NCBI GenBank assembly: GCA_017450025.1
Contig: JAFSYJ010000016.1
Span: forward strand, 5,487 to 69,486
Source of the DNA: Clostridia bacterium
GTDB taxonomy: Bacteria; Bacillota; Clostridia; UMGS1883; UMGS1540
Length of the DNA stretch: 64,000 bases
Reading direction: 5' to 3'
The notes beneath the pieces were generated by a model. The model worked only from the letters and a program-made list of their open reading frames with translations. It made no database searches and was not told where the DNA came from. Positions within the stretch are counted from its first letter, which is position 1. Every line of letters starts with the position of its first letter. Made by a program: the position numbers and the translations under genes. Positions 41,532-50,322 of the stretch are shown one piece after another.

Positions 41532-41550
41532 TTAGAGTGGAGGCGTCGCT

Positions 41551-42864
41551 ATGAAAGCGAAGGAGTTTGGAGCGTGGCCCCCACGTAATGATTTCAAGAG
41601 TGGGCAGCGTTACTCCGCAAACGGATTTAATAAGTCATTTAAAAAAGAAAGATTCCCTCAGGCTCAGGAATATGCTAACCAAAATGTTGAAGAATACAAG
41701 CATTATCCCGAAACCGTCGATTTGACGGCTGAAGGCAACAACGAGCAAGCAAAAAAAGACCAAAAGACAAAGGATAAAAGTAAGGCGCGTCAGAAAATGC
41801 TTCAACAGGTAGTGGGTATTGCGGTCGGTTCGACCGTTATAGTGACATCGTATCAGGCGCGTGTGGAAAGGCTTGCACAGGAAAACGGGGAGCCTGTCGC
41901 TGTCGTTGCAGATGCAGACGAGGTAATTCCCGAAGAAGAAACGGAAGAAGAATTGGAAGAAGCTGAAGAAAGCGAAGAAAACGAAGAAGCAGCTTCAGGC
42001 AATACAGAAAGCAATTCAAAGTCCGGCGCAAAAAGTTTGGGAAGCAAAGGGTCGTCGTCCTCACGCGGAATCGGAGGCAGAGGCGGCAGCCGTTCATCAT
42101 CGGGCAGCCGCGGGTCAAGCTCGTCTAAATCCGACAGCTCACAAAACAGTGCAGAGAATTCTGCTGATTCACAGAACGCTGAGAACGCGGCTGTTGAAAA
42201 TCAGAACACAAACGATGCAAGTCAAAGCACCGCGGCAAATACGCAAAGCGGCGGACAGAGTGCTTCTGTATCGGGCGTGCAAAACGGCGGACAGAGCGCT
42301 TCTGCATCGGGCGAGCAAAGCGGCGGACAGAGTGCTTCTGCATCGGGCGAGCAAAGCGGCGGACAGAGTGCTGACAATCCGTCAGGCGTGCAGAACGGCG
42401 AAACGAATGTGTCGGGCGGTGACGGTCTGAATATTACAGATACAGACAATTCCCAGAGCGGAAGTGCTGACATTGCTATTCCCGCGCTTGCGAATACACA
42501 TATTTCTTCCGGCTCGTCGGGCAAAACATCTTTTGTAAGCTGGAAGTGGAGTGCAGACAACACATCTGCAACCTTGGTTGTAAAGGACAGCTCGGACAAT
42601 GTTATAAGCTCTGTTACGGCAAAGGTGACATCATCTGAAAAGCCTGCGACCTGCAAACAAGCCGGAAAGATAACATATACCGCAAGGGCTTCGGCTTACG
42701 GCTCAAGCTATACGGGTACGGCTTATACGGATTTGCCGCCTTTAGGGCATTCGTTTGACAGCGGCAAAGAGGTCACGCTTGAAGGCGGACAAAAGGCGAT
42801 AAGGTTTGAATGTACGCGCTGCCACGAGTATTTTGAAATCAGGAATTCAGTAAACGAAGAATAA
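41551..42864 (+). CDS. Single-pass membrane protein with an acidic and Ser/Gly/Gln-rich disordered region and a Cys-containing C-terminal module; hypothetical
   Basis: Good RBS (GGAGG). One TM segment (VVGIAVGSTVIVTSY). E-rich and S-rich low-complexity stretches, a 12-aa tandem repeat QSGGQSASASGE, and a C-terminal ...CKQAGKITYTA...GHSF...FECTRCHEYFE. Confidence 0.7.
   Translation: MKAKEFGAWPPRNDFKSGQRYSANGFNKSFKKERFPQAQEYANQNVEEYKHYPETVDLTAEGNNEQAKKDQKTKDKSKARQKMLQQVVGIAVGSTVIVTSYQARVERLAQENGEPVAVVADADEVIPEEETEEELEEAEESEENEEAASGNTESNSKSGAKSLGSKGSSSSRGIGGRGGSRSSSGSRGSSSSKSDSSQNSAENSADSQNAENAAVENQNTNDASQSTAANTQSGGQSASVSGVQNGGQSASASGEQSGGQSASASGEQSGGQSADNPSGVQNGETNVSGGDGLNITDTDNSQSGSADIAIPALANTHISSGSSGKTSFVSWKWSADNTSATLVVKDSSDNVISSVTAKVTSSEKPATCKQAGKITYTARASAYGSSYTGTAYTDLPPLGHSFDSGKEVTLEGGQKAIRFECTRCHEYFEIRNSVNEE
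42253..42381 (+). repeat. In-frame 36 bp tandem repeat, about 3.6 copies
   Basis: CAAAGCGGCGGACAGAGTGCTTCTGCATCGGGCGAG appears at 42253, 42289, 42325 and (partial) 42361, with 0-4 mismatches per unit. Confidence 0.9.
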
Positions 42865-42877
42865 TCTTTAGTTTGCG

Positions 42878-42897
42878 GGGCTGCAAGCTTGCAGCCC
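42878..42897 (+). terminator. Palindromic hairpin after the repeat-protein gene (weak T-tract)
   Basis: GGGCTGCAAGCTTGCAGCCC is a perfect 20 nt palindrome 14 nt after the stop codon. It is followed only by TGCAAATTT. Confidence 0.45.
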
Positions 42898-42943
42898 TGC
42901 AAATTTGTGAAAAACCAATCCTTTACCGAAAGGCAGGTTACAA

Positions 42944-43597
42944 ATGACACAGTATGAGAGAATGATAAACGGTTTGATATACGACACCTGCGACAAGGAA
43001 ATTATGGAAATGCAGCGTCCGTATAAAGAAAAGCTATGGCAATTTAACCAGCTTAATCCGTTTGACGGCGAGGCGAAGGAAGCATATATGAAGGAAGTGT
43101 TTGCCGAGTGCGGCGATTACTGCTGTATAGAGTTACCGTTCCGCGCAACATGGGGCGGCAAAAATGTGCATTTTGGCACAGGCATTTATGCAAACTACAA
43201 TCTTACTTTGATTGACGACGGCAATATATATGTCGGCAACCGCGTGCTTTTTGCGCCAAATGTTACCGTAACAACGGCGAATCACCCGCTTGACCCGACT
43301 TTGAGAAGGTACGAGATGCAGTACAACAGAGATGTTTACATAGGCGAAAATGTATGGATAGGCGCAGGCGCTGTTATTTTGGCAGGCGTTCATATCGGCA
43401 AAAATTCCGTGATAGGCGCAGGCAGCGTCGTGACGCGCGATGTCCCCGAAAGCGTTCTGGCGGCAGGCACACCGTGCCGCACGATAAGAGAAATCGGGGA
43501 GCTCGACAGAGAATATTTCTACCGCAACGACAAAATAGATTGGGAAAACTTATCGGGCATATGCGAGGCAAAAAGCAAACTCCCGAAATTTCAGTAA
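42944..43597 (+). CDS. maa: Sugar O-acetyltransferase (maltose/galactoside acetyltransferase family, left-handed beta-helix)
   Basis: The N-terminal Mac domain (YERMINGLIYDTCDKEIMEMQRPYKEKLWQFNQL) is followed by hexapeptide repeats (IGENVWIGAGAVILAGVHIGKNSVIGAGSVV). Confidence 0.85.
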   Translation: MTQYERMINGLIYDTCDKEIMEMQRPYKEKLWQFNQLNPFDGEAKEAYMKEVFAECGDYCCIELPFRATWGGKNVHFGTGIYANYNLTLIDDGNIYVGNRVLFAPNVTVTTANHPLDPTLRRYEMQYNRDVYIGENVWIGAGAVILAGVHIGKNSVIGAGSVVTRDVPESVLAAGTPCRTIREIGELDREYFYRNDKIDWENLSGICEAKSKLPKFQ

Positions 43598-43633
43598 TTA
43601 CGCCTTGTCAGAACATCGTCAGAGGAGGGGAAT

Positions 43634-44677
43634 ATGGTCACGGTTCACACTAAAGAATTCGGAACGACAAAAGACGGCCGCAGGGTAACGGCATTTGAAC
43701 TCCAAAACGGCAACGGAATGAGCGCACGCATTTTGGACTACGGCTGTACCGTTCAGAGCATAACGGTACCCGACAAAAGCGGAACGCCCGTTGATGTCGT
43801 TCTCGGTTACGACGATATTTTGTCCTACGAGAACGGGTCGTGTTACTACGGAGCAACAATAGGCCGTTTTGCAAACAGAATCAAAAACGCGCGCTTTGTC
43901 CTTGACGGTGTAGAATACCGTCTGCCCGACAAAAACGACGAGGGCAATCACATTCACGGCGTTTTCACAAAAAGGGTATTTGACGCGTCTTTTGACAACG
44001 GCTGTCTTGTACTTAACTACTTCAGCCCCGATATGGAAGAAGGCTTTCCCGGCAATTTGAGCGTTGAAATACGCTACAAGCTTTGTGACGACAACGCGCT
44101 GGAAATACTATACACGGCAACTACCGACGCACCGACGGTGCTTAATCTTTCAAATCACAGCTATTTTAACCTTAACGGTCACGACGGCTCAACCGTTCTT
44201 GACCACAAGCTATGGCTTAATTGCAGTAATTACACGGAGTATGACGAGGTATTTGCACAGACCGGCAGGATAATCTCTGTCACGGATACTCCGCTCGACT
44301 TCAGAAAAGAACAGCTTATCGGTGCGCGCTTTGACGACGATTATCCGCAGTTCAGAGTGTGCACGGGCTACGACCACAATATGATAATTGACGGCAAGGC
44401 AGGCGAATATAAGCCTATCGGCAAAGCAAAGAGCGAAAAAACCGGTATTTATCTTGAGGCCTTTACAACAGAGCCTGCAATACAGTTTTACAGCGGCAAT
44501 TTTATTCACTTTGACCCTGTAAAGTTTGGAAAATACGGCATCAGATACCCGAAAAACGGCGGCTTATGTATGGAAGCCCAGCATTACCCCGACTCGGTAA
44601 ATCACCCGCATTTTCCGACGACCGTACTGCGGCCCGAAGAGGTATATACGCAAAAAACTGTTTACCGTTTTAAATAG
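43634..44677 (+). CDS. galM: Aldose 1-epimerase (galactose mutarotase)
   Basis: GATIGRFANRI, NHLHGG-like (GNHIHGV), NLSNHSYFNL and the C-terminal GLCMEAQHYPDS motifs. Confidence 0.9.
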   Translation: MVTVHTKEFGTTKDGRRVTAFELQNGNGMSARILDYGCTVQSITVPDKSGTPVDVVLGYDDILSYENGSCYYGATIGRFANRIKNARFVLDGVEYRLPDKNDEGNHIHGVFTKRVFDASFDNGCLVLNYFSPDMEEGFPGNLSVEIRYKLCDDNALEILYTATTDAPTVLNLSNHSYFNLNGHDGSTVLDHKLWLNCSNYTEYDEVFAQTGRIISVTDTPLDFRKEQLIGARFDDDYPQFRVCTGYDHNMIIDGKAGEYKPIGKAKSEKTGIYLEAFTTEPAIQFYSGNFIHFDPVKFGKYGIRYPKNGGLCMEAQHYPDSVNHPHFPTTVLRPEEVYTQKTVYRFK

Positions 44678-44703
44678 ATTAAAAAAAGAATGGATTGAGA
44701 TAA

Positions 44704-45594
44704 ATGTTTTACATAACTTCACTCGACGAATTTTGCAGAAGCAACGCAATCGACGACGCCAAGCGCAACGAGGGCCTTAAAACGCCCGAAGGCGTTACGC
44801 GTGTTGACAATATTCGCTACGGAGACGACAGGGAGCGTAACATTCTCGATGTTTACCGCCCGAAGGAATTTTCGGGTAAGCTGCCCGTTATCGTGAGTAT
44901 TCACGGCGGCGGCTGGGTTTACGGAAACAAAGAAATTATGCAGTTTTATTGTATGAGTCTCGCAGAAAAGGGATTTGCTGTCATAAACTTCAGCTACCGT
45001 CTTGCGCCCAAGTACAAGCACCCCGTTCCGCTTGAGGACGCAAACAAGATATTTTACTGGGTATTTGAAAACGCCGATAAATACGGCTTTGATGTCAACA
45101 ATATTTTTGCGCTGGGGGACAGCGTGGGGGCAAATATTTTGGGACTTTACTGCTGCCTTTGCACTGACGCGGAATACTCCGCAAAAATGGGCATCACGCC
45201 GCCCGCGGGATTTGCGCCTAAAGCTGTTGCTTTGAACAGCGGGCTGTACCGATTGGTACGCGGAGAGGAATTATTGCTTGATTCTCTCGCAGAGGCTTAT
45301 TTTCCAGACGGCGGCACGGACAAGGAATATGCCCAAATCGCTCTTGCGGACTTTGTAACGGCAGATTTCCCGCCGTGCTTTGTAATGACGGCTCTGGGAG
45401 ATTTCTTAAAATGTCAGGCAAAGCCGTTTTATGAGCATATTTTGTCACTTGGCATTAAAGCGGAATATCATTGCTACGGTAATGCGGAAAATGAGCTAAA
45501 ACATGTATTTCACATAGACATTAAACTTCCTGAGGCTCGTGACTGTAACCAAGATGAGTGTGATTTTTTCTTAAATCAGATTAAAAATCATTAG
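44704..45594 (+). CDS. Alpha/beta hydrolase (esterase/lipase, HGGG family)
   Basis: Oxyanion motif VSIHGGGWVYGN and nucleophile elbow GDSVGAN. Confidence 0.85.
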   Translation: MFYITSLDEFCRSNAIDDAKRNEGLKTPEGVTRVDNIRYGDDRERNILDVYRPKEFSGKLPVIVSIHGGGWVYGNKEIMQFYCMSLAEKGFAVINFSYRLAPKYKHPVPLEDANKIFYWVFENADKYGFDVNNIFALGDSVGANILGLYCCLCTDAEYSAKMGITPPAGFAPKAVALNSGLYRLVRGEELLLDSLAEAYFPDGGTDKEYAQIALADFVTADFPPCFVMTALGDFLKCQAKPFYEHILSLGIKAEYHCYGNAENELKHVFHIDIKLPEARDCNQDECDFFLNQIKNH

Positions 45595-45615
45595 TATCAC
45601 AAAGGAGAAATTAAT

Positions 45616-46626
45616 ATGAATCATACAGCAGCGTTTATTATGCCTGTCAAAATCAGCGGAGATGAAACAGAGCTACGTTTTTTCAGGGAGGCAGTTCAAG
45701 GCATAAAAAATCAGACTGACAATGACTGGATTATTATTATGGTTGAAGATTATTCGGATAATAAAGCGGTTTATGATGCCATAGATGAAATGAAGAAGGA
45801 TCTAAAAGATAAGCTCCACGTTATTTATTCGGATAAGAACTACGGCACGGGCGCGGCGAGAAATAAGGGAGTTAAATATGCAAACGAAATAGGCGCACCC
45901 TTTATTCTTTTTAATGATTCGGATGATATATCCGATCCTAGAAGGCTTGAGCTTGTCAGAAAAGCTTTTGAAGAAGATGATACAGTGAATGTTGTATATA
46001 CGAGTTTTGATGTTATTGATGAAAATGACAATGTTGTGCCTGAATATTTAGTAAACAAGTCTGTAAGAGAAATATTAGACGGACATAAATCGAATGTTGT
46101 TGAGGGCGAAAACGCTTTGATAAAGTTAGTTAGCACAAAGAGATACACTAATCTGACATCATGCACAGCCGTAAAAACATCATTGGCATATCAGGAGCCA
46201 TTTCCGGGAGAGACCGTTTCCGAGGATTCACATACATGGCTTAGATACGCAGCTCATCCGGGGAAATTTGTGTTTTTAAGGGATATAAAAGGCAGGTACA
46301 GAATTTGTTCTAATGTTCACAGCCGGGCAAGAAGCATCAATGCAAACTTTTATGGGCAATTATTCAGGGTGGATTCATCTGGGTTTGAAGAGGCGGTTAA
46401 AATAGCAAAAAAATACGGTACGATGGGCGAATGGGGCAAAAAAGATTTAAGAGTAGCTTTTTATGTCCGCTTGGCACTAAGTCTATTGTATGGGGATTCC
46501 GTGGAGTATTGTAAAAAGTCCCTATCATTAGCTATGAACATCTCAAAAGAAAAGACGTTCGAATATGTCGACTTATTGCGCTGCGAGCCGGAATATAAGG
46601 CACGAATGAAAGCAATGGTATCATAG
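45616..46626 (+). CDS. Glycosyltransferase family 2 protein
   Basis: GT-A fold N-terminus (FIMPVK...AVQGIKNQTDNDWIIIMVEDYSDN; NKGVKYANEIGAPFILFNDSDD, a DxD-like motif). GC is lower than in upstream genes. Confidence 0.8.
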   Translation: MNHTAAFIMPVKISGDETELRFFREAVQGIKNQTDNDWIIIMVEDYSDNKAVYDAIDEMKKDLKDKLHVIYSDKNYGTGAARNKGVKYANEIGAPFILFNDSDDISDPRRLELVRKAFEEDDTVNVVYTSFDVIDENDNVVPEYLVNKSVREILDGHKSNVVEGENALIKLVSTKRYTNLTSCTAVKTSLAYQEPFPGETVSEDSHTWLRYAAHPGKFVFLRDIKGRYRICSNVHSRARSINANFYGQLFRVDSSGFEEAVKIAKKYGTMGEWGKKDLRVAFYVRLALSLLYGDSVEYCKKSLSLAMNISKEKTFEYVDLLRCEPEYKARMKAMVS

Positions 46627-46933
46627 TGTAAAAAATTGCGTGAGAGGAGGAATTTTTTCCTCATCCCTTTGATTATGTGCGAAAAAAACATTGATTTTGC
46701 CCTGTTTATTTTCGTATAAATACCCTTATGTTTTCAGATTTGAAATCATAAAGGCTATACCGAAAACGGCTCTTACAAAGGAAATAAAAGCCGTTTTTTG
46801 ACACTAAAGTGGGCGTTTTTCTGATGTAATAACGATTGTATATTAAAACACATAAAACAACTGCAAAGGTTCGGTTTATTCCAGTTTTAAAAAGAAATTC
46901 TAAAAAAATTAAAAATCTGCACAACACCCTTGA

Positions 46934-47367
46934 CAAATTGTTTCGGAACTTAAAGCAATAACGGTTGAGTCGGTCAAGGATGGCTCGGCAACAATCAACT
47001 GTAAAGGGAAAATGAGAATAGTAATTCTGCCAAAGCAACTTTGTAAAATGCTAAAAGAATATATTGCTAATAAAAAATATCAAACGGTTCCGTATTCGTA
47101 AGCAAAAATGGCAAGCCGCTTGACAGGAGCAATATATGGTCGGATATGAAAAGACTTTGCGAAAGCGCGGGCGTATCAAAAGACAAGGTCTTTCCTCATA
47201 ACCTTAGGCACCTTTTCGCACGCACATACTATTCCCTGCAAAAAGATGTTGAAAGGCTTGCCGATATACTCGGACATTACAGCGTAAATTCAACGAGGAT
47301 TTATACGATGGAAAGCGGAGAAATCCACAGACGGCAAATACAAAGATTAGGACTTTTAAGATGTTAA
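46934..47367 (+). pseudogene. Tyrosine recombinase/integrase remnant: N-terminally truncated and frameshifted
   Basis: Frame 1 reads ...QIVSELKAITVESVKDGSATINCKGKMRIVILPKQLCKMLKEYIANKKYQTVPYS*. Frame 2, open from about 47074, reads ...GSVFVSKNGKPLDRSNIWSDMKRLCESAGVSKDKVFPHNLRHLFARTYY...LGHYSVNSTRIYT. This includes the catalytic-domain motifs (R..HxLRH..Y). The frame switch falls at the A-run at 47072-47077. No N-terminal SAM-like domain lies upstream. Confidence 0.7.
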
Positions 47368-47438
47368 AAAACTCCGTATTCTTTCAAAAGCAAACACGCC
47401 AAATTGCAGAGGATTTATATGAGAATGTGCTGTTTGTG

Positions 47439-48269
47439 TTAAATAACGCTATCTTGCTTTATAATTTCTTCTATTAATTTTTCTTCTGTAAAAGATTTGC
47501 TTGAATCAAAAACTGCAATGGCCAAATCTTTTAAAAATGTTTTGTAATTCAATCTATCTTGTTTTTGAGAATCCTGAGAATTGATCCAAAAACGATATAT
47601 AATAGAATTTGAGAATTTATGAATCAATTCATTTACATAATGACTTTTTCCTACACCGGGTTTGCCCACAACAAACTGAACGCCTACATTTATTTCATCA
47701 ACGACATTCCGTAATAGAACAGTAGTGTCATCTAGGTCAATTGATAATCTATTTAAGGGTGGTAACTCACGAATTTTTAATGTGAATTCTGCATTGGTAA
47801 TTCTGTTTTTTAAGAATGCAGTTATAATGTTTTGTCTGTTATTATCAGCGTACATATCATTCAAGATTCTCTCTATTTTCTCGGATGTTAAAGGAATAAT
47901 ATATACATTCTCTTTTTGTACACATGGAAGTCCAAATACCGTGGCATCAGTTTCGGCTATAAGACCGGTGTTAATTATTACTATATTGATTGCATTATTA
48001 GCAAATTTACTTTTAATAGTTCCTATTGTGATTTCATCATCTGAAACAGCTATGTCTGAGAGTTTTATCTGAGAATAATTTTTTATTTGTACAAAATACT
48101 TTGTCTGATCATTAAACAAAACATAAAGGTCATCAAAGTTATGTTCAGAGATTGTTTCTGCTTCTATTTCGGCTATATTTCTCTCTGTATCCATCAAAGC
48201 AGTAAAAAATAGATGTACATATTCTTGATATGTATATCCTTTATAAGCGTTACGAGCAACCAGTGCCAT
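47439..48269 (-). CDS. Cap4-like (DUF4297-type, PD-(D/E)xK) nuclease domain fused to a P-loop; probably the 5' fragment of a larger STAND/AAA NTPase defence gene
   Basis: N-terminus ARNAYKGYTYQEYVHLFF plus DDLYVLFNDQTKYFVQIKN matches the GxxYQ and D..(E/Q)xK pattern of the Cap4 dsDNA-nuclease domain. Walker A GKPGVGKSH lies only about 60 aa before the stop, and no Walker B is recognisable. The ATG at 48269 is preceded by GGAGG. Confidence 0.6.
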   Translation of the reverse strand: MALVARNAYKGYTYQEYVHLFFTALMDTERNIAEIEAETISEHNFDDLYVLFNDQTKYFVQIKNYSQIKLSDIAVSDDEITIGTIKSKFANNAINIVIINTGLIAETDATVFGLPCVQKENVYIIPLTSEKIERILNDMYADNNRQNIITAFLKNRITNAEFTLKIRELPPLNRLSIDLDDTTVLLRNVVDEINVGVQFVVGKPGVGKSHYVNELIHKFSNSIIYRFWINSQDSQKQDRLNYKTFLKDLAIAVFDSSKSFTEEKLIEEIIKQDSVI

Positions 48270-48317
48270 TTTATTGCCTCCTGTAATAATTATACTATAT
48301 TTCAGCTTATTTTTCAA

Positions 48318-49835
48318 TTACTGTATAATAAAAAGGCTCAGTACAACATATACCGAGCCAAATAAAAGTGGTGCACCGACCGAGTTTATATCCGAACCTA
48401 TTTCCGATTTTTCTATTTCTTCAAATGGTATCGTTTGTGTCCCGTCCTTGTAATTAAATGTGATGATCATTTTATCATCATAGAGGTAGATGGCATTTAC
48501 AAAGCTGTCAATCAATCGCCTGCGATGGTCAAGGTGTTTGGTGTTAAATTTGCGGAAGCGTTCTACCCAGAAGATAATTTGTTCTTTGGTAAGTGTCGGC
48601 TTTGCCATTGCTTCTTTTATGATCTGAACAGACAACTCGTTCTTCCGTTCTTCTAACGCCTCAAGACGCTCTTTTGTGGAAGCGGTCAGAATGCCTTGCT
48701 CGATGGCACTCAGCATATTATCAATACTTTTCTGAACCTCCGCAAATTGCTTGTGCAAGAGTGGCAGAGCAATGTTTTCTTTCGATTGCAAATCTATTAT
48801 TGCATCGGCAAGTCGGTTTACTAACTCTTCATTAAAGATGACTTTTTGAATTTGCTCAATAACAAGGTTTTCTATCCATTCTTTTTTGACCGTCTTTTTG
48901 TCGCATCCGCGATGATTTTTCACACTGACACATTTATAATAACGATGTACCTTCATAGTATGGCTTGTGCCGCTTTCGCCAACCATAAGGCACTTGCATT
49001 TACCGCAGAACAGCTTTGTCGTAAGCAAATATTCATCCTCGGCTTTGTGCTTTGCGGGAGCTTTTTTGGTTTGTGCCATGCGCTTTTGTACTCTGTCGAA
49101 TAAATCCTTTGGAATGATTGCCGGAATGCCGCCCTCTATGAGAACATCCCTGTATTTGTATTCACCGATATATTTTCGGTTATGGAGCATACGCGTAACA
49201 CAGTTGATGTTTATTTTACCGCCACGCTTTGTGCGTACTCCCCGGATATTCATTTCATCGGTAATTTCACGCATTGTTGCACCATCTGCATAATGTTTAA
49301 ATGCATCAAGTACGATTGGGGCAGTTAACGGATCAATCTGAAAGCATTGATTGCTGTCGGTTGTATATCCGATAGGCAGATTCCCGCCGTTGTATTTGCA
49401 TTTTAAGGCGTTCTCCTTAAGACCTCGAATAACCTTTTCGGCAAGCTCAGCGGAATAATATTCCGCCATACCCTCAAGCATGGATTCAAGCAAAATTCCC
49501 TCTGGGTTATCCGAAATGATTTCAGTTGCCGATACGATCTTTACACCGTTTTTACGCAGAACACTTTTGTAGTGTGCCGAATCATAACGGTTGCGTGCGA
49601 AACGGTCAAGTTTCCAAACAATAATTGCTTCAAACTTTCCGCTTGCGCTGTCCTTGATCATTTTCTGAAAATCGGGGCGGTTATCTGTTTTGGCAGATAA
49701 CGCACGATCAATATATGTTCCGATAATCTGAAAATCATTTTTTACCGCAAATGCCTTACATTCACGAAGCTGACCGTCAATTGATTCCTCGCGTTGACTG
49801 TCGCTTGAATATCTTGCATAAATCACTGCATTCAT
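48318..49835 (-). CDS. Large serine recombinase (resolvase/invertase catalytic domain + recombinase domain + zinc-ribbon/coiled-coil)
   Basis: MNAVIYARYSSDSQREESIDGQ carries the catalytic Ser. Also present are VWKLDRFARN, the recombinase domain (NGGNLPIGY) and the Cys cluster CGKCKC...YYKC. RBS GAGGTGA lies upstream. Confidence 0.9.
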   Translation of the reverse strand: MNAVIYARYSSDSQREESIDGQLRECKAFAVKNDFQIIGTYIDRALSAKTDNRPDFQKMIKDSASGKFEAIIVWKLDRFARNRYDSAHYKSVLRKNGVKIVSATEIISDNPEGILLESMLEGMAEYYSAELAEKVIRGLKENALKCKYNGGNLPIGYTTDSNQCFQIDPLTAPIVLDAFKHYADGATMREITDEMNIRGVRTKRGGKININCVTRMLHNRKYIGEYKYRDVLIEGGIPAIIPKDLFDRVQKRMAQTKKAPAKHKAEDEYLLTTKLFCGKCKCLMVGESGTSHTMKVHRYYKCVSVKNHRGCDKKTVKKEWIENLVIEQIQKVIFNEELVNRLADAIIDLQSKENIALPLLHKQFAEVQKSIDNMLSAIEQGILTASTKERLEALEERKNELSVQIIKEAMAKPTLTKEQIIFWVERFRKFNTKHLDHRRRLIDSFVNAIYLYDDKMIITFNYKDGTQTIPFEEIEKSEIGSDINSVGAPLLFGSVYVVLSLFIIQ

Positions 49836-49931
49836 AGTTTAATCACCTCGTATATATAATAACCTTTTAAATATTTTTTGCAAGAGAGTTGACAAATCGG
49901 AGCAAGATGTATCTCACTCCGATTTAAACTG

Positions 49932-49963
49932 GCGTCTTATGTCTCTGTCTTATATCTTGTGTC
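49932..49963. repeat. Copy 1 of a composite direct repeat built from GTCTTAT(G/A)TCT units
   Basis: GCGTCTTATGTCT (49932-49944) and GTCTTATATCTTGTGTC (49947-49963). The same blocks recur at 50138-50172. Confidence 0.7.
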
Positions 49964-50101
49964 TTTGTTTTCCTTCCACGCCTCAAATTCTTTCTGCCCT
50001 TCTTCGCTTTCAAAGAATAAAAGTATATCCGGTAAAAGACACCGTGCGAGCGATTCGATTTCAGACTGTGGAAGTTCAAATCTTTCTGCCGTTTCTTTCA
50101 C
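49937..50101 (-). CDS. Small 54 aa ORF upstream of, and co-directional with, the serine recombinase (not in the ORF track)
   Basis: A GTG start is preceded by GGAAGGAG at 7 nt. Translation: MKETAERFELPQSEIESLARCLLPDILLFFESEEGQKEFEAWKENKDTRYKTET. It replaces the implausible opposite-strand ORF 49939..50175. Confidence 0.5.
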   Translation of the reverse strand: MKETAERFELPQSEIESLARCLLPDILLFFESEEGQKEFEAWKENKDTRYKTET

Positions 50102-50137
50102 AAGAACCGCTCCTTCCGATTGATGTTATAGGTATTG

Positions 50138-50172
50138 AGCGTCTTATGTCTTGTGTCCGATGTCTTATATCT
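50138..50172. repeat. Copy 2 of the composite direct repeat built from GTCTTAT(G/A)TCT units
   Basis: GCGTCTTATGTCT (50138-50150), TGTGTC, and GTCTTATATCTT (50161-50172). Together the two copies bracket the small ORF. Confidence 0.7.
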
Positions 50173-50173
50173 T

Positions 50174-50199
50174 AAAATATAAGCTAATACGCTTATATT
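50174..50199. promoter_or_regulatory. Operator-like perfect inverted repeat between the divergent recombinase-side and XRE-side genes
   Basis: AAATATAAGC - TAATAC - GCTTATATTT: 10 bp arms with a 6 bp spacer. Confidence 0.4.
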
Positions 50200-50272
50200 T
50201 CAGAATTATACCAGATTATTCTATACTTGTCAATAGAAAATAAACATTTTCGCTTATTTTTATTGATTTTGA

Positions 50273-50301
50273 GAAATGGTTGTGATAAAATGAGTATATT
50301 A
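50273..50301 (+). promoter_or_regulatory. Sigma-70-type promoter with an extended -10 for the XRE/Bro-N genes
   Basis: TTGATT (50273-50278), a 17 nt spacer ending in TGA, then TAAAAT (50296-50301). Confidence 0.5.
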
Positions 50302-50322
50302 AATTGTATTGGAGAGAAGAAA

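Noticed and set aside
46706-47038. 110 aa minus-strand ORF between the GT2 gene and the integrase remnant
   Set aside because: It overlaps the integrase remnant in antisense, lacks an RBS and is rich in F/L/R/C nonsense. It is most likely non-coding junction DNA.
49939-50175. 78 aa plus-strand ORF from the track
   Set aside because: It has no RBS and an implausible sequence. The opposite strand carries a 54 aa ORF with a strong RBS and sensible composition, which I annotated instead.
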